Shown here in pieces: positions 20,148-29,744 of a stretch of DNA of 64,000 bases; position 1 is the stretch's first letter, and each line of letters starts with the position of its first letter. The notes beneath the pieces were generated by a model. It did no database searches, was not told the DNA's origin, and saw only the letters and a list, made by a program, of their open reading frames with translations. The position numbers and the translations under genes are program-made. The stretch is from the NCBI GenBank assembly GCA_000092065.1, contig CP000581.1, one strand, 5' to 3'. The DNA is from Ostreococcus lucimarinus. Taxonomy: Eukaryota.

Positions 20148-21017
20148 ATGGACGAGAAAGCGGTAGATTTATTCGTCGAGCTCGCGACGCGATCGTCCAC
20201 GTTCGCCGGCGTCGTGCAGACGCGATACGCGGAGTGGAGAAACTTGTTTCGAGTGCTGAAAGATTTGAAAAACGACGAGACGTCGGCGCTCTCGAGCGTC
20301 GCGCGGGACGCGAGCAGCCCGACGGACTTCGAACAGTGGGGACGGGAGCGATCGCCGATGTTTGCGGACGAATTTGAGAAGTTTTTGAGCGATGCGCGGT
20401 GCGTGGAGGCGGTGTGCGAGGATTTGGGAGCGAGCGAGCGCGTGCGAGGACGCGCGACGGGAGAGACGTCGACGCCGGTGCGGGAAACGCCGGAAGCGGT
20501 AAAGGACGCGGAGAAATCGTTTCGAAAGATGAAGACGCCGTCGAGAGCGGTGGAGGTGGAGATGGAGGCGGAGAAGATGGAGAATTTCGTGGCGGAGAAG
20601 CCGCGCGGCGGCGGTTTGGGCGCGGCGGCGCGCGTGGAGACGAGAGAGCCGATGCGGGCGAACGTGACCCCGCCGCCGCGTGCGGCGCAAGTCGTGCAGA
20701 AGTCGCCGCCGCCAACGCCGATGCCTTCGCAGTTGTCTCCACCGCAGAGCGAATACGCGACGCCGGCGTCTGGGAGGAAACCAAAGAACGGCGCTGCTTC
20801 GGCGTCTGAAGCCGCGCACGTCGAACATTTGATGTCCTACTTGACTGGCTTTCACGGATTGCTTTTTGGTCTTAAAGATCACGTTGAGCGCATTCGAGGG
20901 GCGACGATTGAAAACGTTTCGCATGAACTCGCGCGAACGGATGCGAGATTGGACACCGCCATCGCCAGGCTCGAAGCGGCGATGGGAGTCGAGTCGGGCG
21001 AAAACAAAACACATTAA
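20148..21017 (+). CDS. Hypothetical protein (289 aa), acidic N-terminal half, Pro-rich middle, conserved-looking C-terminal helix
   Basis: ORF 19620.. is antisense to Rpt1 until 20053; first ATG after that is 20148 ([43 protein letters not shown]...[58 protein letters not shown]). No family recognised. Confidence 0.35.
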   Translation: MDEKAVDLFVELATRSSTFAGVVQTRYAEWRNLFRVLKDLKNDETSALSSVARDASSPTDFEQWGRERSPMFADEFEKFLSDARCVEAVCEDLGASERVRGRATGETSTPVRETPEAVKDAEKSFRKMKTPSRAVEVEMEAEKMENFVAEKPRGGGLGAAARVETREPMRANVTPPPRAAQVVQKSPPPTPMPSQLSPPQSEYATPASGRKPKNGAASASEAAHVEHLMSYLTGFHGLLFGLKDHVERIRGATIENVSHELARTDARLDTAIARLEAAMGVESGENKTH

Positions 21018-21081
21018 AATCGAGTTGAAAAAGTACATAAAAGCGCTGTGAATTGCAACGTTCGTGCCTAAAACCCCTAAA

Positions 21082-22662
21082 TTATTTGCGCGAACGCCGC
21101 GCGCGCGTCGCCGTAGGCTGTTCTGCGGACAGCGCCGCTGCCTCCTTCGTCGCGCCGCGCTGACCACCAGTCTTCGGAGACGATTCATCGGTCGCTTGCG
21201 CGTCTTCGACAGCAGGTGGCGTCGCTTCCTCCGCCGTATCCGCATCAAGAACCACGCGCGCATCGATGCTCGAGCGCGCGAGATCCGCCTCGGCGGCTTG
21301 CGCCTGAAGCACCTCGATGAGTCTCTTGTACATGGCTGGGTCTTGGTCTCGGTGCTTGATCGCGGCCTCGACCCGTCGCGGATCCGCTCTGTCTTCGATC
21401 AAGTACTTTCGCTTCACTTGACGACGAGTGCGTCCGGGGAACAGACGCGCGATGAGGGAGAAATCGGTACCGAACTGCGTCATCGCGCGATAAAACAACT
21501 CGGTGTCGTCCTTGCTCCACTTCTCCGCCTTTGCCCTGTTGGAATACGTGGCTGAGTTCAAGCGCGTGCCGCTCTCTTCGACGCGTTTGAAGTCCGACAT
21601 CCCGACATCTTTCTCCGCCGCCGCGTTTACCGTGAGTGACTGAGGATTGATGACGATGTTCCCGTCGATGACTTGCACCTGCGGCGCCATTACGGCGAGT
21701 TTGGGCGCCATCGACGCGCGTCCCGGCAGCTCCAAGGGCCCCACCGGCTCGGACGCCGTCTTCTTTTTACCAAAGTCCGGCATCGGTTTGGAACTTGATT
21801 TCGCCTTTTTCAAAATCCGACTCTTGGCCTCGTTCGCGCGCTCTTCCGCAGACTTTTGACGGATGATGTCTCGAATCGTCATCGCCGGGTCGTCGGCGTA
21901 CGACGTCGACGCTTCGAGCGCGTCTCGTCTGCTTCCTTCGCCCACGCGTCCGCCTCGAGTCGATCCGGCAGATCTCACCCACCTGTGCGCCGGAATCACC
22001 ATCGGCGGCGGCACCGCCACGAGCGGCAGCGCCCCCGGCGACGAAATCGGTTCAGCCAGCGCCCCCGGCGGCAACGCCAACGGTCCCGTCGGCGTCGGCG
22101 TCGGCGAGGGCGAGGGCTTGGCCTCCATCCTCGCCACCGCGGGCACCATTTGCTTCGACGCCCGACTCGGTGCGGGCGATCTAAACCCCAACGGCGGCGC
22201 CACGCGCGCCGGACTCGCGGCGTGCGGCGTCGTCGCGTTCGCGCTCGCCGGCTTCTTCCCCGCCGGCGTCCCGCTCTCCCGCGCCGTCCTCAACCTGCTC
22301 GGCGCTTTCCCTCCCCCAGCCGCCACCCCCGACAGCCTCGACTTCTTCGTCGCCTCCCCTCCGTTCTCCCCCGCGCTCTTTCCGAGCCTCGACCCCGTCC
22401 TCGTCCCTCCCTCGCCGTCCTCGCTCGCGCGCTTCGCCGTCCCCCTCGCGTCGCGCGCGTCCCCCTCCCCCTCGCCCGCGCCGCGCTCGCCCTCCTCTCG
22501 CCCCAGCCTCGTCCTCGACGCCGATCGTTTCACGTTCGGCGCGAACGCGCTCGCGCGTCGCGCCTGCGTCGCCGTCGGTCGCGCGTCGCGCGCGTCGTCC
22601 CGCGCCGGCGATTCCTCGCCATCGTTTCGTCGCGTCGTCGTCGTCGTCGCGTCCGTCGTCAT
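21082..22662 (-). CDS. BDP1: TFIIIB subunit B'' (Bdp1)-like protein with Myb/SANT domain
   Basis: ATG 22662; extended SANT segment KAEKWSKDDTELFYRAMTQFGTDFSLIARLFPGRTRRQVKRKYLIEDRADPRRVEAAIKHRD closely follows the Bdp1 SANT signature (W..EE..LF..AL..FGTDF..I..LFP.R.R.QIK.KF..EE...P..V..AL); rest is low-complexity. Confidence 0.6.
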   Translation of the reverse strand: MTTDATTTTTRRNDGEESPARDDARDARPTATQARRASAFAPNVKRSASRTRLGREEGERGAGEGEGDARDARGTAKRASEDGEGGTRTGSRLGKSAGENGGEATKKSRLSGVAAGGGKAPSRLRTARESGTPAGKKPASANATTPHAASPARVAPPLGFRSPAPSRASKQMVPAVARMEAKPSPSPTPTPTGPLALPPGALAEPISSPGALPLVAVPPPMVIPAHRWVRSAGSTRGGRVGEGSRRDALEASTSYADDPAMTIRDIIRQKSAEERANEAKSRILKKAKSSSKPMPDFGKKKTASEPVGPLELPGRASMAPKLAVMAPQVQVIDGNIVINPQSLTVNAAAEKDVGMSDFKRVEESGTRLNSATYSNRAKAEKWSKDDTELFYRAMTQFGTDFSLIARLFPGRTRRQVKRKYLIEDRADPRRVEAAIKHRDQDPAMYKRLIEVLQAQAAEADLARSSIDARVVLDADTAEEATPPAVEDAQATDESSPKTGGQRGATKEAAALSAEQPTATRARRSRK

Positions 22663-22724
22663 CGTCGCGCGTCGTTCGCGCGTTCGTTCGCGTCGTCTCT
22701 CGCGATCCGAGATCGCCGCGGTGT

Positions 22725-22756
<32 letters not shown>

Positions 22757-22915
22757 CGCGATTCGAATCCCGTCGCGTCCCGCCCGTGAGACTGCGTCGA
22801 TCGAGCGTTCGTGACTCGTAAAGTTGGGACTCGTAGACTCGTGGACTCAACACGGACCGCACCACCATCGCGCGCGCGGCGGCGGCGGCGGCGCCATCTC
22901 GGCGCGCGGCGCGCG

Positions 22916-24769
22916 ATGCGCGACGACGACGACGACGACGCGGGACGACGCGGCGCGGATAAAGACGCCCTCGCGCCGTGGCGCGCGCTCGGCGTGCGGG
23001 ACGCCGTCGCGCGCGCGATGGTGGCGCGAAGATTGGACGCGCCGACGGCGACGCAGCGCGCGGTCGTCCCGGTGGCGCTGCGAGGGCGCGACGTGTGCGC
23101 GCGCGCGCCGACGGGGAGCGGGAAGACGATGGCGTACTTGGTGCCGATGCTGGATAAGATGTGCGCGCGCGCGAGCGCGACGGCGAGCGGGCCGAGGGGG
23201 ATCGTGCTGACGCCGACGCGGGAGCTGGCGCATCAGACGCGACGCGCGTGCGCGGCGGCGATGCGGACGTGCGCGCCGGGAATGCGCGCGGGAGAGCTGC
23301 CGGTGGCGAGCGCGGGGACGAATGTGCTGAGAGAAACCGCGGGATCGCCGCCGGACGTGCTGGTGGCGACGCCGACGAGGGTGGCGGAGTGCGCGCGAGG
23401 CGGGTACTTTCCGCCGGGCGCGCTCGGCGACGGGTTGGAGATGGTGGTGCTGGACGAGGCGGATTTGTTGCTGTCGTTCGGGTACGTGGACGACATTAAG
23501 TGCGTGATGAAAGCGGTGAAGCGCGGGACGCAGGTGATGATGCTGAGCGCGACGATGAGTAAGGAGATTGAAGAGTTGCGAGACGTCATCGCGCACAAGC
23601 CGACGACGATCGACGTCGACGACGAAGAGGACGTCGACGCCGAGAAGGGCGAGGCGAAAGCGGGCGAGGGCGCAAAACCGGGGCCGGATATCAAGCACTA
23701 CTCCCTGCACATTCCCAAGGCGCACGATCGTCTGCTGTACGTCATGGCGTTGCTTCGATTGGGTTTGTGCAAGAAGAAGGCGCTCGTCTTCGTGTCGAGC
23801 GCAGACGCCGCCGTTAGATTGCGACTCTTCTTGCACAAGTTCGGTGTTCCCACGTGCGCACTTCACGGTGAGCTTCCCGCGAACTCGAGAACGCACATAT
23901 TGCAGGAGTTTAATCGCGGGGTGTACGATTTCATGGTCGCCGCCGCCGACGACGCGAACATGGCCGAGCCGACGGAGGAGGCGGACGCAGTAGAAGAACA
24001 GGAAGACAAGGCGCCCACGCGCGAGAGCAAGAAGAAGAAACGGGACAGGCGCGATAAGGAGTTCGGCGTCGTGCGCGGTATCGACTTCCAAGCCGTGAAC
24101 ACGGTGATAAACTTTGAAGTGCCGACGACGGCGGCGGCGTACGTGCACAGAGTAGGACGTACCGGACGCGCTGGGAACTCTGGAACAGCTATCACGCTCG
24201 TGGCGCCGTCGGAAGAGCAGTCTTTTGCGGCGATTCAAAGCAAGCTCGCGAGCGCGGTCGGTGATGCGGTCGCGGCGACACAAGTCATGCAGCCTTTCGA
24301 TCGTCTTCCCAAGGAAGCCGTCGACGCGCTGCGATACCGCGCAGAGGACGCCGCGCGCGCCGTTGGCAAGACTGCGGTGAAAGAAGCGCGGGTTCGAGAG
24401 TTGAGGCAAGAACTATTGAACTCGGAGCGCTTGGCGGCGCACTTTGAGGATAACGCGGAAGATTTAGCTTTGCTGAAGCACGACACGAGTTTAGCGAAAC
24501 ACCCAGACGCGAAGCACTTGAGCCATTTACCCGGGTACTTGCGTGGCGGTAAATCGAGGCGTGGTGCGGCCAGAGTCGTCGAACCGGACTCCGAGCACGC
24601 GAGGAATGCTTTGAATTATCACTTGGACGTGGAAGTTGCCGAGTTCGGTTCGAAGAAGAAGCGTAAGCGCAACGATAAACGCGAAACCGGTCCGGATTTG
24701 CGCGTGAACAATAAATTCAAGAAGGGCAACTTCAAAAAGAAGTCTGGCGGGCGAAAGCGCTCGCGCTGA
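22916..24769 (+). CDS. DEAD-box ATP-dependent RNA helicase (DDX56/Dbp9-like, nucleolar)
   Basis: ORF 22811 starts with GTG; first ATG 22916 (MRDDDDDDAGRR...). Motifs: Q-motif ...TATQRAVVPVALRGRDV, I APTGSGKT, II DEADLLL, III SAT, VI HRVGRTGRAGNSGTAITL; basic C-terminal tail KKRKRNDKRETGPDLRVNNKFKKGNFKKKSGGRKRSR. Confidence 0.8.
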   Translation: MRDDDDDDAGRRGADKDALAPWRALGVRDAVARAMVARRLDAPTATQRAVVPVALRGRDVCARAPTGSGKTMAYLVPMLDKMCARASATASGPRGIVLTPTRELAHQTRRACAAAMRTCAPGMRAGELPVASAGTNVLRETAGSPPDVLVATPTRVAECARGGYFPPGALGDGLEMVVLDEADLLLSFGYVDDIKCVMKAVKRGTQVMMLSATMSKEIEELRDVIAHKPTTIDVDDEEDVDAEKGEAKAGEGAKPGPDIKHYSLHIPKAHDRLLYVMALLRLGLCKKKALVFVSSADAAVRLRLFLHKFGVPTCALHGELPANSRTHILQEFNRGVYDFMVAAADDANMAEPTEEADAVEEQEDKAPTRESKKKKRDRRDKEFGVVRGIDFQAVNTVINFEVPTTAAAYVHRVGRTGRAGNSGTAITLVAPSEEQSFAAIQSKLASAVGDAVAATQVMQPFDRLPKEAVDALRYRAEDAARAVGKTAVKEARVRELRQELLNSERLAAHFEDNAEDLALLKHDTSLAKHPDAKHLSHLPGYLRGGKSRRGAARVVEPDSEHARNALNYHLDVEVAEFGSKKKRKRNDKRETGPDLRVNNKFKKGNFKKKSGGRKRSR

Positions 24770-24803
24770 TTGCGCAGTAGCGCTGATTGCGCAGTAGAAT
24801 TTA
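24770..24803. repeat. 17-bp tandem duplication (gcgctgattgcgcagta x2) in the 55-bp gap between convergent stop codons
   Basis: cgctgattgcgcagtagcgctgattgcgcagtagaatttaaatagc immediately after DEAD-box stop (24769) and before the opposite-strand stop (24825). Confidence 0.6.
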
Positions 24804-24824
24804 AATAGCTAACTACATCTAGTG

Positions 24825-25754
24825 CTACAACTCGTCATGCGCCGCCGCGCATTCGACGTCGTCGGTAATTTTATCGCACACGCGTCGAGCTTGCGCATCC
24901 GTCATCGGCCTCACGTCGTCGATCGCCGCGAGCGCGCTCGTCAACCAATCGTTCGCTTGCGCGTCTTCTCTCAACAGCGTGCATATGTTCGACAAGACAC
25001 GTATTGCGAATGCGTCTACATTGTCTTCGGGTTTCAATCTCGCCTCTCCCGGATTTGTAATTTCCGAATCGCGCGTATCGGCGCGAACGTCGACCAATCT
25101 ATGACTCGTTTTTTCGCGCCTTAGCGCCGTCACGTTCAAAAAGCGCGCGCACGTCGTCTCACGCCACACCAACCGCACGATATCCTCCCTTAAACTCTCG
25201 TCCAACGCCTTCCAGGATGACTGCGGCGTCGTCCTAGCCGACGTCATCGCATCCGCGTGCACGCCGCGAACCGTCAACTTACACCCATCGCACACCGCGC
25301 TCGCCGGCGCGCTCTCTAACGACGTCCAAACCTCAAACGTCGAATTCTCTCCTTCGCTCGCGTCGTCATCGCCTACTTCGACGTACGCCGACTCGCTCGC
25401 CGTCTGCGTCAACCGTCTCGAGCGTCGTCTCGCCGTCCCGCCCTCGCCCTCGCCCTCGCCCTCGCTCTCGCGATCCATCTCGAGCCGTCGCGCGCGCAGC
25501 GCCTCCGCGCGCGCGGCGTCCGCCGCCGCGTTCGCTCGCTCTCGCATCAGCGTCCGCGCGCGTTCGTCGTTCGTCGTCGCGCCGTGTCCCGCGCGCGCGC
25601 CCCAACCGTCGTGCTTCGGCGCGAGCCGCGCCGCGCGCCCGCGCCGCGCGCCCATCGCGCTCGACGGACGCACGCGCACGCCCGCGACGCCCGCGACGCG
25701 CATCGCGAGCGCGAGCGCGGCGAGCGCGAGAAGGCGCGCGCGACGTCGCGGCAT
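24825..25754 (-). CDS. ER-lumenal hypothetical protein: signal peptide + C-terminal HDEL retrieval motif
   Basis: ORF start 25760 is GTG; ATG at 25752-25754 (MPRRRARLLALAALALAMRVAGVAGV). Protein ends ...DDVECAAAHDEL*. Acidic (EGEGEGEG) stretch; no family recognised. Confidence 0.45.
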   Translation of the reverse strand: MPRRRARLLALAALALAMRVAGVAGVRVRPSSAMGARRGRAARLAPKHDGWGARAGHGATTNDERARTLMRERANAAADAARAEALRARRLEMDRESEGEGEGEGGTARRRSRRLTQTASESAYVEVGDDDASEGENSTFEVWTSLESAPASAVCDGCKLTVRGVHADAMTSARTTPQSSWKALDESLREDIVRLVWRETTCARFLNVTALRREKTSHRLVDVRADTRDSEITNPGEARLKPEDNVDAFAIRVLSNICTLLREDAQANDWLTSALAAIDDVRPMTDAQARRVCDKITDDVECAAAHDEL

Positions 25755-25780
25755 CGTCACTAATTCGCGCGCGTCGACGA

Positions 25781-27244
25781 ATGTCGTCGTCGCTCGCGGT
25801 CGCGCGCGCGCCGTGCGCGCGCGTCGACGCGCGTCGACGCGAACCGCGCGCGCGCGCGTCGAGGCCGCGCGCGGCGGCGCGCGCGGCGCGCGGCGAGGCG
25901 GAAGACTCGCGAACGTCGTCGACGCGTCGAGCGAATGCGGACGACGCGTCGACGACGACGCGCGCGACGCGCGCGCGCGCGGTGGCGCTCGCGGTCGCGG
26001 CCGCGATCGTCGGCGTCGGCGCGCACGCGCCGGCGCGCGCGCACGCGCGTAAGCACCATCCCGCGAGCGCGAGCGCGTCGTTCGAGCGATTCGTCGTCGG
26101 CGAGCGCGGCGGACGCGGCGGACGACGACCGGCGAAGCGGAATTCGTTCGTGCGGGATGCGGCGGACACCATCGGACCCGCGGTCGTGCGCATAGACAGC
26201 GATCAAGCGTCGCTGAGGAAGGCGATGACGGTGAGTGGATCGGTGAGCGAAGGACGGGTGGGCGGGAAGCCGACGAGCGGGCGAAGCGGCGTGATTCGCG
26301 GCACCGGCTGCGGATTGGTGATCGATGCCGAGGAAGGGTACGTGGTGACGAACAGTCACGTGGTGAAGCGGGAGGAAAAGGTTAAGGTGACGTTCATCGA
26401 TGGGAACGTGTACGACGGGGAAGTGAAAGGGGTGGATTCGTTGACGGATATCGCGCTGATTAAGCTCAAGCCGCGAGCGGGGCACGCGCTGCCGGTGGCG
26501 ACTTTAGGGAATAGCGACAGCGTCGAGGTTGGGGATTACGCCATCGCGCTCGGGAACCCTTTGGGTTTGGATAACAGCGTGACTTTGGGGATCATCAGTA
26601 ACGTGCACAGGACTTCGGCGGAGCTCGGGATTACGGACAGGCGGGTCGATTTCGTGCAGACGGATTGCGCCATCAATCCGGGGAATTCCGGCGGGCCACT
26701 GGTGAATGAATTCAGTGAGGTCGTCGCGTTGAACACTGCCATCCGCGCCGACGCGGAAGGCATCGGATTCGCGATCCCGATCAACACCGTGAAGCGCGTT
26801 GCGAGTCTACTCGCCAACGGCGAAAAGGTGCCGCATCCGTTCATTGGTATACGCATGGTAGATAACTTCACAGCGAACTCAGCGTTTGGTGACCGCGCGC
26901 TGGAACTTCCGGTGGGAACTGTGATAGTAGACGTGATCGAAAAGTCACCCGCTGCTCTCGCGGGACTGGCTGTCGGCGATGTCATCACCGCCGTCAACGG
27001 CGTCGTGATGAACGGCGCGCAAATTCTCGATCGCGTAAAAGTCACTCCCCCGGGTGACTCGTACGAGTTTACCGTCTTCCGACCATCCGCACAAGACTCG
27101 CACATGCACAGACGCGTCATCATCCGCGTTGGTGACTTAGCCGAGCACAACAATCGCTCCAAGAGCGTCAACGCTGAGGAACGCAACGTCAGCCCGCCCG
27201 GCGTCGGCGTGCGACCGCCGATTCCTCGAACCTTCGGCGCGTGA
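25781..27244 (+). CDS. Deg/HtrA serine protease (trypsin-like domain + PDZ), chloroplast Deg1-like with bipartite presequence
   Basis: ATG 25781, only 26 bp from divergent neighbour's ATG. GTGCGLVIDAEEGYVVTNSHVV (His), DIALIKL (Asp), DCAINPGNSGGPLVN (Ser GNSGGP); PDZ ...GTVIVDVIEKSPAALAGLAVGDVITAVNG. N-terminus R/A-rich plus hydrophobic AVALAVAAAIVGVGAHA. Confidence 0.85.
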   Translation: MSSSLAVARAPCARVDARRREPRARASRPRAAARAARGEAEDSRTSSTRRANADDASTTTRATRARAVALAVAAAIVGVGAHAPARAHARKHHPASASASFERFVVGERGGRGGRRPAKRNSFVRDAADTIGPAVVRIDSDQASLRKAMTVSGSVSEGRVGGKPTSGRSGVIRGTGCGLVIDAEEGYVVTNSHVVKREEKVKVTFIDGNVYDGEVKGVDSLTDIALIKLKPRAGHALPVATLGNSDSVEVGDYAIALGNPLGLDNSVTLGIISNVHRTSAELGITDRRVDFVQTDCAINPGNSGGPLVNEFSEVVALNTAIRADAEGIGFAIPINTVKRVASLLANGEKVPHPFIGIRMVDNFTANSAFGDRALELPVGTVIVDVIEKSPAALAGLAVGDVITAVNGVVMNGAQILDRVKVTPPGDSYEFTVFRPSAQDSHMHRRVIIRVGDLAEHNNRSKSVNAEERNVSPPGVGVRPPIPRTFGA

Positions 27245-27414
27245 TTCCCTCATCGCCAGTATTGCTGCGTTTGTTTGTATTTGTGTTGTAATCCACGTGT
27301 CGCCTTCGACGCCGCTTGCTCCCAGCGTCCCGTCTCCTCGCGCCGTCTCTCTCTGGCTCGCCGCGGTCAACGACACCGCAGACTTCGTCGCGCGTGCCGT
27401 CTCCTCTCGACGCC

Positions 27415-28280
27415 ATGCCGTACGACAGCGCCATCACGGTCTTCTCCCCCGACGGGCACTTGTTCCAGGTGCGCCGTTCGCCCTCTCCTCGCGCGTAACG
27501 GCGCGAAACCGCGCGCGAATCGACGACTAATAACGACATGGATCTCGAACGTTTCAGGTTGAATACGCCATGGAAGCCGTGCGAAAGGGCACGCTGACCG
27601 TCGGCGTGCGCGGGAGCGATATCGTCGTCCTTGGCGTCGAACGCAAGGCGGTGCCGAAACTGCAAGACGCGCGAACGATTCGAAAGATTCAATTGCTGGA
27701 CGATCACATCGCGGTGGCGTTCGCGGGGCTCACGGCGGACGCGCGGATATTGATCAATCGGGCGCGGACGGAGTGCCAGAGTCACCGTTTAACGCTAGAA
27801 GATGAAGCGTCGGTGGAATACATCACGCGATACATAGGCGGGGTGCAGCAGAAGTACACGCAGAGCGGAGGGGTGCGCCCGTTTGGGCTGAGCACGCTCA
27901 TCGCCGGGTTCTCGCCCGAGGGGAAGCCGCAGTTGTTTCACACCGATCCAAGCGGCACGTACAGTCAGTGGAAGGCAAACGCGACTGGACGTAACTCAAA
28001 GTCGGTTCGAGAGTGGTTAGAGAAACATTATGAAGATTTTAGTGGGGAAGAAGCGATCAAGTTTACGCTCAAGGCGCTCCTGGAAGTCGTCGAGCCCGGG
28101 TCGAAGAACATAGAAATCGGCGTGATTCGCTCGCCGACCAGTGGGTTAGAGATGCTCTCCGCGGAGACAATCGATGCGCTCGTGAAGAACATCGAAGACG
28201 AAAAAGCAGAGCTCGACAAGGCGAAGAAGGAGAAGGCCAGGGCTGCTGCGGAAGCCGCCGCCGCCGCCGCGACTCTATAA
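27415..28280 (+). CDS. PSMA7: 20S proteasome alpha subunit type-7 (alpha4 / PSMA7 / PAD1); exon1 27415..27468, 89-nt intron GTGCGC...CAG, exon2 27558..28280
   Basis: Exon1 (ORF 27316..27498 fragment) [18 protein letters not shown] then gtgcgc; exon2 after tttcag: [44 protein letters not shown]...[29 protein letters not shown]...[19 protein letters not shown], near-identical order to human PSMA7. Confidence 0.9.
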
Positions 28281-28334
28281 ATTTTCGCAAGTTGTTATCC
28301 CACGCACCAGTAGTCGACTAAGCCCGACCCCGCG

Positions 28335-29591
28335 ATGCGGCGCCTGCCCCCGCGCGGGGTCTCCAGAGGCATCCCGCCGCGATGCGGCGTCATTTCGCGC
28401 TCATTCGCCTCCGTACCGAACCGTCCCGGCGCGTCAGGCGCGTCAGGCGCGTCCCGCCTCGGCATCGGCTTTTTCCTTGGCGTCACCGCCGGCGCTTCCG
28501 CGGCGTATACCTACGCCCGCCGCACGCTCGTCAAGGAAGATGACGCGCAAAGCGACGTCGTCGCCGAGCGCGCGACCGTCGTCGAGGACGACAGCGTCGA
28601 GCACGCCGCACTGAAACACGGTTGGCCGTTGGACTCGAGCGCGACGGTGCACTCTAAAAAATCATACGCCCACGCCTTCGACGGGCGCACGCGCAATCCG
28701 CGGTGGGTGATGGAGAAGATAACCCCCGACACGCTCGCCGGACCGGGAACGCGGAAGAAATCGGACTTTTACGAGGACGAGGAGGTGTCCTGGAAGCATC
28801 GCTCTAGACTCGACGCGTTTCGCGGAAGCGGATACGATAGGGGACATTTGGTCGCGGCGGCGGATCAAAAGGGAAGTCAGGAAGAAATGGACGCGACGTT
28901 TGCGCTATCAAACATTTCGCCGCAAATCGGTCCAGGATTCAATAGGGATTTTTGGGCAAAGTTCGAGCAATTTGTGCGAGACGCGGCGAGCGAATCGTCG
29001 TCGAAAGCCGCTTACGTAGCCACGGGGCCGCTCTTCTTGCCGAGCCGTCGCGATCGAGGCGCCACAGACGACGGTGCGATAGAGAGAGTAGAGGGTGGGA
29101 GTCTACCTAGGCCCACGGAGTGGGAGATGCGATATCCAATGCTTGGCGAGCCGCCAGCGATGATGGCGGTACCGACGCACTTCTTCAAAGTCATCTTGGT
29201 GGAAGGAAAGGACGATACCGTATCATGTGCGGCGTTCGTTCTTCCGAACGCGCCGATACCAAACAACTTTCCTTTGCGACGTTTCGTCGTTCCTTTGACT
29301 GATCTCGAAGTTGTGAGTGGTCTTGAATTCTTTAAACGTGGATTAGCCGGTGAAGAACGTCAGACGTACGAACGAGTGGAGCGTTCATTTCTAACAAAAA
29401 CGGCAAAGCAGCTCCCTGGTGCTGGAAAAATTCCAAGTTTGCCTGCGACGAGTCAGAGATCGCCAGTGCAAGAGGTAGACGGCAGCGGCCCGAAGGCCCG
29501 GAAGCGATGGGTCGCAATCCGACATTTGTGTGAGACGACGGCTTGCGAGGTGAAGGCGAGTCGCTGGGATCGCGTGGAGAGGAAGTCTTAG
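28335..29591 (+). CDS. ENDOG: Mitochondrial endonuclease G / NUC1-type DNA/RNA non-specific nuclease
   Basis: ATG 28335 only 55 bp after PSMA7 stop; presequence + TM (LGIGFFLGVTAGASAAYTYA); SGYDRGHLVAAADQ (DRGH catalytic motif), FALSNISPQIGPGFN, AVPTHFFKVILVE; colinear with human ENDOG. Confidence 0.85.
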   Translation: MRRLPPRGVSRGIPPRCGVISRSFASVPNRPGASGASGASRLGIGFFLGVTAGASAAYTYARRTLVKEDDAQSDVVAERATVVEDDSVEHAALKHGWPLDSSATVHSKKSYAHAFDGRTRNPRWVMEKITPDTLAGPGTRKKSDFYEDEEVSWKHRSRLDAFRGSGYDRGHLVAAADQKGSQEEMDATFALSNISPQIGPGFNRDFWAKFEQFVRDAASESSSKAAYVATGPLFLPSRRDRGATDDGAIERVEGGSLPRPTEWEMRYPMLGEPPAMMAVPTHFFKVILVEGKDDTVSCAAFVLPNAPIPNNFPLRRFVVPLTDLEVVSGLEFFKRGLAGEERQTYERVERSFLTKTAKQLPGAGKIPSLPATSQRSPVQEVDGSGPKARKRWVAIRHLCETTACEVKASRWDRVERKS

Positions 29592-29744
29592 GATTGAATT
29601 AGCGTCCAATGTTAATATTAAAAACAAACTTGTGGTGAAAGAACTATGCATCGCAAGCCACGGCATATGCTATGGTCGAGACTTATTTAATGAGCGGCGC
29701 ACACGGTATTACCATAGTACGTTGTGCAGGACTACAGTGTAGGA

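Noticed and set aside
22740-22775. tRNA-like T-arm motif gattcgaatcc after a (CGT)n tract
   Set aside because: No acceptor stem, D-arm or anticodon arm can be folded around it; it is preceded by a simple trinucleotide repeat and lies in a promoter. I found no convincing tRNA cloverleaf in any intergenic segment by eye.
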